Shown: positions 60,650-64,000 of the stretch, one piece after another
Layout of the letters: every line of letters begins with the position of its first letter
Position numbering within the stretch: the first letter of the stretch is position 1
DNA from: Gemmatimonadaceae bacterium
Lineage (GTDB): Bacteria; Gemmatimonadota; Gemmatimonadetes; Gemmatimonadales; Gemmatimonadaceae
Direction of reading: 5' to 3'
DNA length: 64,000 nt
Assembly: GCA_046327745.1 (NCBI GenBank)
Contig: JAXLXV010000030.1
Location: 8,469-72,468, forward strand
Notes under the pieces: model-generated
What the model was told of the DNA's origin: nothing
Database searches by the model: none
The model's input: the letters and a program-made list of their open reading frames with translations, nothing else
Program-made: the position numbers and the translations under genes

Positions 60650-61435
60650 TCACGCGGCCAATCGGGACAAGTCACGCACCACAACGATCAGCTGGCAGCC
60701 GGTCTCGGTGGTGGTGGTGTGATGGTGCGTTCCCGCAGCTGCCCGGTGGTAGTCCCCTTCGGTCATCGTCTGACCTTCCACCAGACAGGACCCGCGGAGC
60801 ACGAAAAGCTCCTCGAGCCCGGAGTGATCGTGGTCGGCGAGCGACGAGCGTGGTGCCATGTCCAGCACAAACGCTTCGTCTGGCGCGCCATGCGCTCCAC
60901 GCAGCGGACGCAGCCGCGCACCCGGAAAGGGGACGATCCACTTCGCATCGTTGACCCGTCTGACGACTCCGTCGCTCCCTGTTACCGTAGAGCCAAATTC
61001 CAGCACCAGGGCGCCCTGGTCGGTCGCGCGCCATCCAGACTCTGCGCGCTCCTCGACAAAGTCACCCTCCGTCAGGACGTCTTGACCTTCGCCGAGAGCT
61101 CCACCAAGCACGTACACGCCTCGTGATCCGACGAGAGGGCGATCGGGGAGTGGGGTGCTTGGGGCAAGCCGCAGCAATCTCGTGGTGGCTCGGTCGGCTG
61201 AGTCCAGGTACAAGGCCTTTGCGTCAACCCCTGCGGAGACGGGCAACCAGATGCCCGCATGGCTGGCGACGTAGGAGAGGGTTCGCTCACGCGCCTGTGC
61301 CATGATGCGCGTTCGCAGCGTCGCGGGGGGCGGCGCGGCCTGCTGCGCCACGGCCGAAGCGATCAAGGCCAACGCCTCAGCGTCCGAGCGGCTGATCCCC
61401 GATCCCGTGGAATCGTCCGGATCCTTAGCGCCCAT
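60650..61435 (-). CDS. cupin-domain protein, ChrR-like putative anti-sigma factor partner (no zinc anti-sigma motif seen)
   Basis: The 261-aa gene lies directly downstream of the ECF sigma gene (24-nt gap). The C-terminal cupin-like part is HDHSGLEELFVLRGSCLVEG...GDYHRAAAGTHH. Confidence 0.6.
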   Translation of the reverse strand: MGAKDPDDSTGSGISRSDAEALALIASAVAQQAAPPPATLRTRIMAQARERTLSYVASHAGIWLPVSAGVDAKALYLDSADRATTRLLRLAPSTPLPDRPLVGSRGVYVLGGALGEGQDVLTEGDFVEERAESGWRATDQGALVLEFGSTVTGSDGVVRRVNDAKWIVPFPGARLRPLRGAHGAPDEAFVLDMAPRSSLADHDHSGLEELFVLRGSCLVEGQTMTEGDYHRAAAGTHHHTTTTETGCQLIVVVRDLSRLAA

Positions 61436-61459
61436 GGATCAGCAGAGGTAGCAAGGCAG

Positions 61460-62038
61460 TCATCGCGCAACAACTGGTTGAAGCAGCTGACGGAGCTGGT
61501 TCATGGCCGAGTGGACCAGCATGCTAGCGCCGTGTGAGGGGAGCGCCAGTCGCTGAGCGACGTCTTCGATGGAGAGTCCATCCATGAATACGAGATCCAG
61601 CGCCTCTCGTTCAGTGGACGATAGAACGTCCAAGGCGGCCAACACGCGATCGCGGCGCGCCGCATCCGCAGACGATGAGAAAGCCAGCGAAAACTCCGCC
61701 GTATCACCTTGGGCCATCCCGACTCGACCATTCGCTGCCGGAACCAAACGCGGGAGCCTCGGACGCTGCTGGGCGATGCGACGACAGAGCGTCACCAGCC
61801 ACGCCCGCATGGACGCGCCGACTTCGCGTGAGCCTTGGGGTTCTTGCCACACCGAGCGGAACACCGCGGACACGATGTCCTCGGCTTCGTCGCGATCTCC
61901 CGTTAGGCGGAGTGCCAACCCGAACAGCATGGCGCTGTATGTGTCATACAGGCGACCGAGGGCGGTGTCATCGCCGGCCGTAATGCGCTCGAGGAGCGCG
62001 GGATCGTGGGTGCCGCCTGGGGGGGTGTCTTCCGGCAT
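61460..62038 (-). CDS. ECF-type RNA polymerase sigma factor (sigma-70 regions 2 and 4)
   Basis: Region 2 is [34 protein letters not shown]. Region 4 is [29 protein letters not shown]. Confidence 0.85.
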   Translation of the reverse strand: MPEDTPPGGTHDPALLERITAGDDTALGRLYDTYSAMLFGLALRLTGDRDEAEDIVSAVFRSVWQEPQGSREVGASMRAWLVTLCRRIAQQRPRLPRLVPAANGRVGMAQGDTAEFSLAFSSSADAARRDRVLAALDVLSSTEREALDLVFMDGLSIEDVAQRLALPSHGASMLVHSAMNQLRQLLQPVVAR

Positions 62039-62162
62039 CGGCCGAGGTGTGGTCAGGTTTCAGATACGCCGCTGCGCAAGCCAGCGGAAGGGCCCACCCA
62101 CGACCGAACCCGTCACTACCGGGACCCGAACAAAAACCGGAAGGGCGTGTTATATTGGGACC

Positions 62163-64000
62163 ATGGCCATGAATTCGTTCCAGCTGCAGTCGCCCTTTGA
62201 GCCGGCGGGCGACCAACCGAATGCGATCGCCGAACTGAGTGCAGGGCTTGTTCGTGCAGACCGGTTCCAGACGCTGCTCGGCGTCACTGGGTCTGGAAAG
62301 ACAATGACCGTGGCCAACGTGATTGCAGCCTATGGCAAGCCGACGTTGGTGCTGTCCCACAACAAGACCTTGGCGGCGCAACTCTACGGAGAGCTGAAGG
62401 GGTTCTTTCCGCAGAACGCCGTGGAGTACTTCATCTCGTATTACGACTACTATCAGCCAGAGGCCTACGTCCCGTCGAGCGATACGTACATCGAGAAGGA
62501 TGCCTCGATCAATGAGGACATCGACCGCCTGCGCTTGCGGGCGACGTCGAGCCTGATGGAACGCAGCGACGTGGTCATCGTCGCCACGGTCTCCGCGATC
62601 TACGGGTTGGGCGATCCGATCGAGTATCGCGAGCAGTGTGTACTGCTCAGCGTGGGCCAGAAGATCGCGCGCAACGACATCCTTCGACAACTCGTTGCCG
62701 TGCAGTACAACCGGAACGATGTGGCGTTCGAACGCGGCACTTTTCGCGTACGGGGCGACACCGTGGAGGTCCTGCCGGCCTATGAGGAACAGGGAGTACG
62801 CATCGAGTTGTGGGGAGACGAGATCGAACGAATCTCGAAGATCAACGCGTTGACCGGCGAGACGATTACCGTGCTGGATCGGGCGGCCATTTATCCGGCT
62901 AAGCACTTCATCACCACGCGGCCGACCCTGATGCGGGCCGTCGACGCTATTCGAACCGAGTTGAAGGACCGGCTGACGCTTTTGCGGAACGCGGGTAAGC
63001 TGCTGGAAGCCCAGCGTCTGGAGTCACGCACCAACTTCGACATCGAAATGATGCTGGAGATTGGGACGTGCGCTGGCATCGAGAATTACTCGAGGCATCT
63101 TTCCGGCCGGAAGGAAGGGGAGCGTCCCGCCTGTCTGTTCGATTACTTCCCGGAGGAGTTCCTGGTGGTGGTGGACGAGTCGCACGTCACGCTTCCGCAG
63201 ATACGGGGCATGTACAACGGCGACCGCTCGCGAAAGGAGACCTTGGTGGAATACGGATTCCGCCTGCCCAGCGCCCTCGACAACCGACCGTTGGTGTTCG
63301 ATGAATTCCTGAGCCTCACCCCCCATGCCCTGTTCGTCAGCGCTACGCCAGGTGACCTAGAATTGCAGCTGTCGGACGGCGTGGTTGTCGAACAGATCAT
63401 CCGTCCCACCGGACTGGTGGACCCAGAGATCGAGGTGCGCCCGGTGCGCGGTCAGGTGGACGACCTGCTGAACGAGATTCGAATCCGCGAGCGCCGTGGC
63501 GAGCGTGTCTTGGTCACAACGCTCACGAAGCGTATGGCGGAGGACCTGACGGACTACCTGCAACAGATGGGTGTTCGCGTCCGATACATGCACTCCGATA
63601 TCGATGCCATTGAGCGCATGGAGATTGTACGCGGATTGCGACTGGGAGAATTCGACGTTCTGGTCGGCATCAACCTGTTGAGGGAAGGGCTGGATATGCC
63701 GGAGGTGTCGCTGGTGGCCATCCTTGATGCGGATCAGGAGGGTTTCCTGCGCAGCGACCGATCCCTGATCCAGACCGTCGGACGTGCGGCGCGGCATGTC
63801 AGCGGTCGTGCCATCTTCTATGCCGATCGCATGACGGATTCCATGAAGCGGTGCATCACGGAAACGAGTCGCCGTCGCGAAGCACAGGTCAGCTACAACA
63901 CCGCGCACGGTATCACGCCGCGTGGCGTGGTCAAGAGTGTCGACGAGGTTCGGTTTATCACGCGTGTCGCCGATGCCCGGGTGGAGAAGGAGGCAAAGAG
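62163..64000 (+). CDS. uvrB: excinuclease ABC subunit B, 5' portion (continues beyond the window)
   Basis: This gene is not in the ORF track because no stop lies within the window. My hand translation from ATG 62163 gives [22 protein letters not shown]...[17 protein letters not shown]...[14 protein letters not shown]...VVVDESHVT...[30 protein letters not shown]. Confidence 0.95.
   Translation, partial: MAMNSFQLQSPFEPAGDQPNAIAELSAGLVRADRFQTLLGVTGSGKTMTVANVIAAYGKPTLVLSHNKTLAAQLYGELKGFFPQNAVEYFISYYDYYQPEAYVPSSDTYIEKDASINEDIDRLRLRATSSLMERSDVVIVATVSAIYGLGDPIEYREQCVLLSVGQKIARNDILRQLVAVQYNRNDVAFERGTFRVRGDTVEVLPAYEEQGVRIELWGDEIERISKINALTGETITVLDRAAIYPAKHFITTRPTLMRAVDAIRTELKDRLTLLRNAGKLLEAQRLESRTNFDIEMMLEIGTCAGIENYSRHLSGRKEGERPACLFDYFPEEFLVVVDESHVTLPQIRGMYNGDRSRKETLVEYGFRLPSALDNRPLVFDEFLSLTPHALFVSATPGDLELQLSDGVVVEQIIRPTGLVDPEIEVRPVRGQVDDLLNEIRIRERRGERVLVTTLTKRMAEDLTDYLQQMGVRVRYMHSDIDAIERMEIVRGLRLGEFDVLVGINLLREGLDMPEVSLVAILDADQEGFLRSDRSLIQTVGRAARHVSGRAIFYADRMTDSMKRCITETSRRREAQVSYNTAHGITPRGVVKSVDEVRFITRVADARVEKEAK

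Overview
GC-rich bacterial chromosomal segment. GC is roughly 60-65% by eye, not computed. The host is of Gram-negative type: TonB/ExbB/ExbD, BamD and LPS-type nucleotide-sugar genes are present. The phylum cannot be fixed by eye; a Gemmatimonadota/FCB-like impression is only a guess.

I support about 60 tightly packed CDSs, mostly on the + strand. Many are joined by 4-nt ATGA/GTGA stop-start overlaps. There is one tRNA-Leu(CAG). I saw no rRNA, CRISPR array, transposase, integrase or phage genes.

Gene content, left to right:
- two adjacent two-component systems (NtrC-type and OmpR-type)
- a TonB/ExbB/ExbD/ExbD/TonB block
- amino-acid transporters and a membrane pyrophosphatase
- a minus-strand amino-sugar operon (long NagB fused to a PIG-L domain, an SSS transporter, a BadF-type kinase)
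- IscA and a serine hydrolase
- a CDP-alcohol phosphatidyltransferase plus myo-inositol-1-phosphate synthase pair
- an orphan E2 acyltransferase, then PHP, SDR, TrxB and MBL genes
- aspartase, an Rrf2 regulator, tRNA-Leu, smpB, an amidase, pyrD and pyrF
- a detached rpmJ-rpsM-rpsK-rpsD-rpoA-rplQ-rpmB operon
- gmd-carB fused to a WbpA/B/D/E-type di-N-acetyl-uronic-acid sugar cluster with ugd and uxs
- bamD, nadD, secA, radC, rel, an ECF sigma with a cupin partner, and the 5' part of uvrB (open at the window end and absent from the ORF track)

This is largely a core-genome region, and I found no recognisable defence or mobile system. The most unusual observations are:
1. The octamer CGTTAGGC occurs at least 26 times, in all reading frames, across stop codons and in intergenic DNA. 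It recruits the otherwise rare TTA codon.
2. An in-frame TAG splits the receiver domain of the sigma-54-type response regulator, which also carries a GAFPGA variant of the GAFTGA loop.
3. A TonB paralogue upstream of exbB is still recognisable but broken by many frameshifts and an internal TAG.

All counts were made by eye and need computational confirmation.
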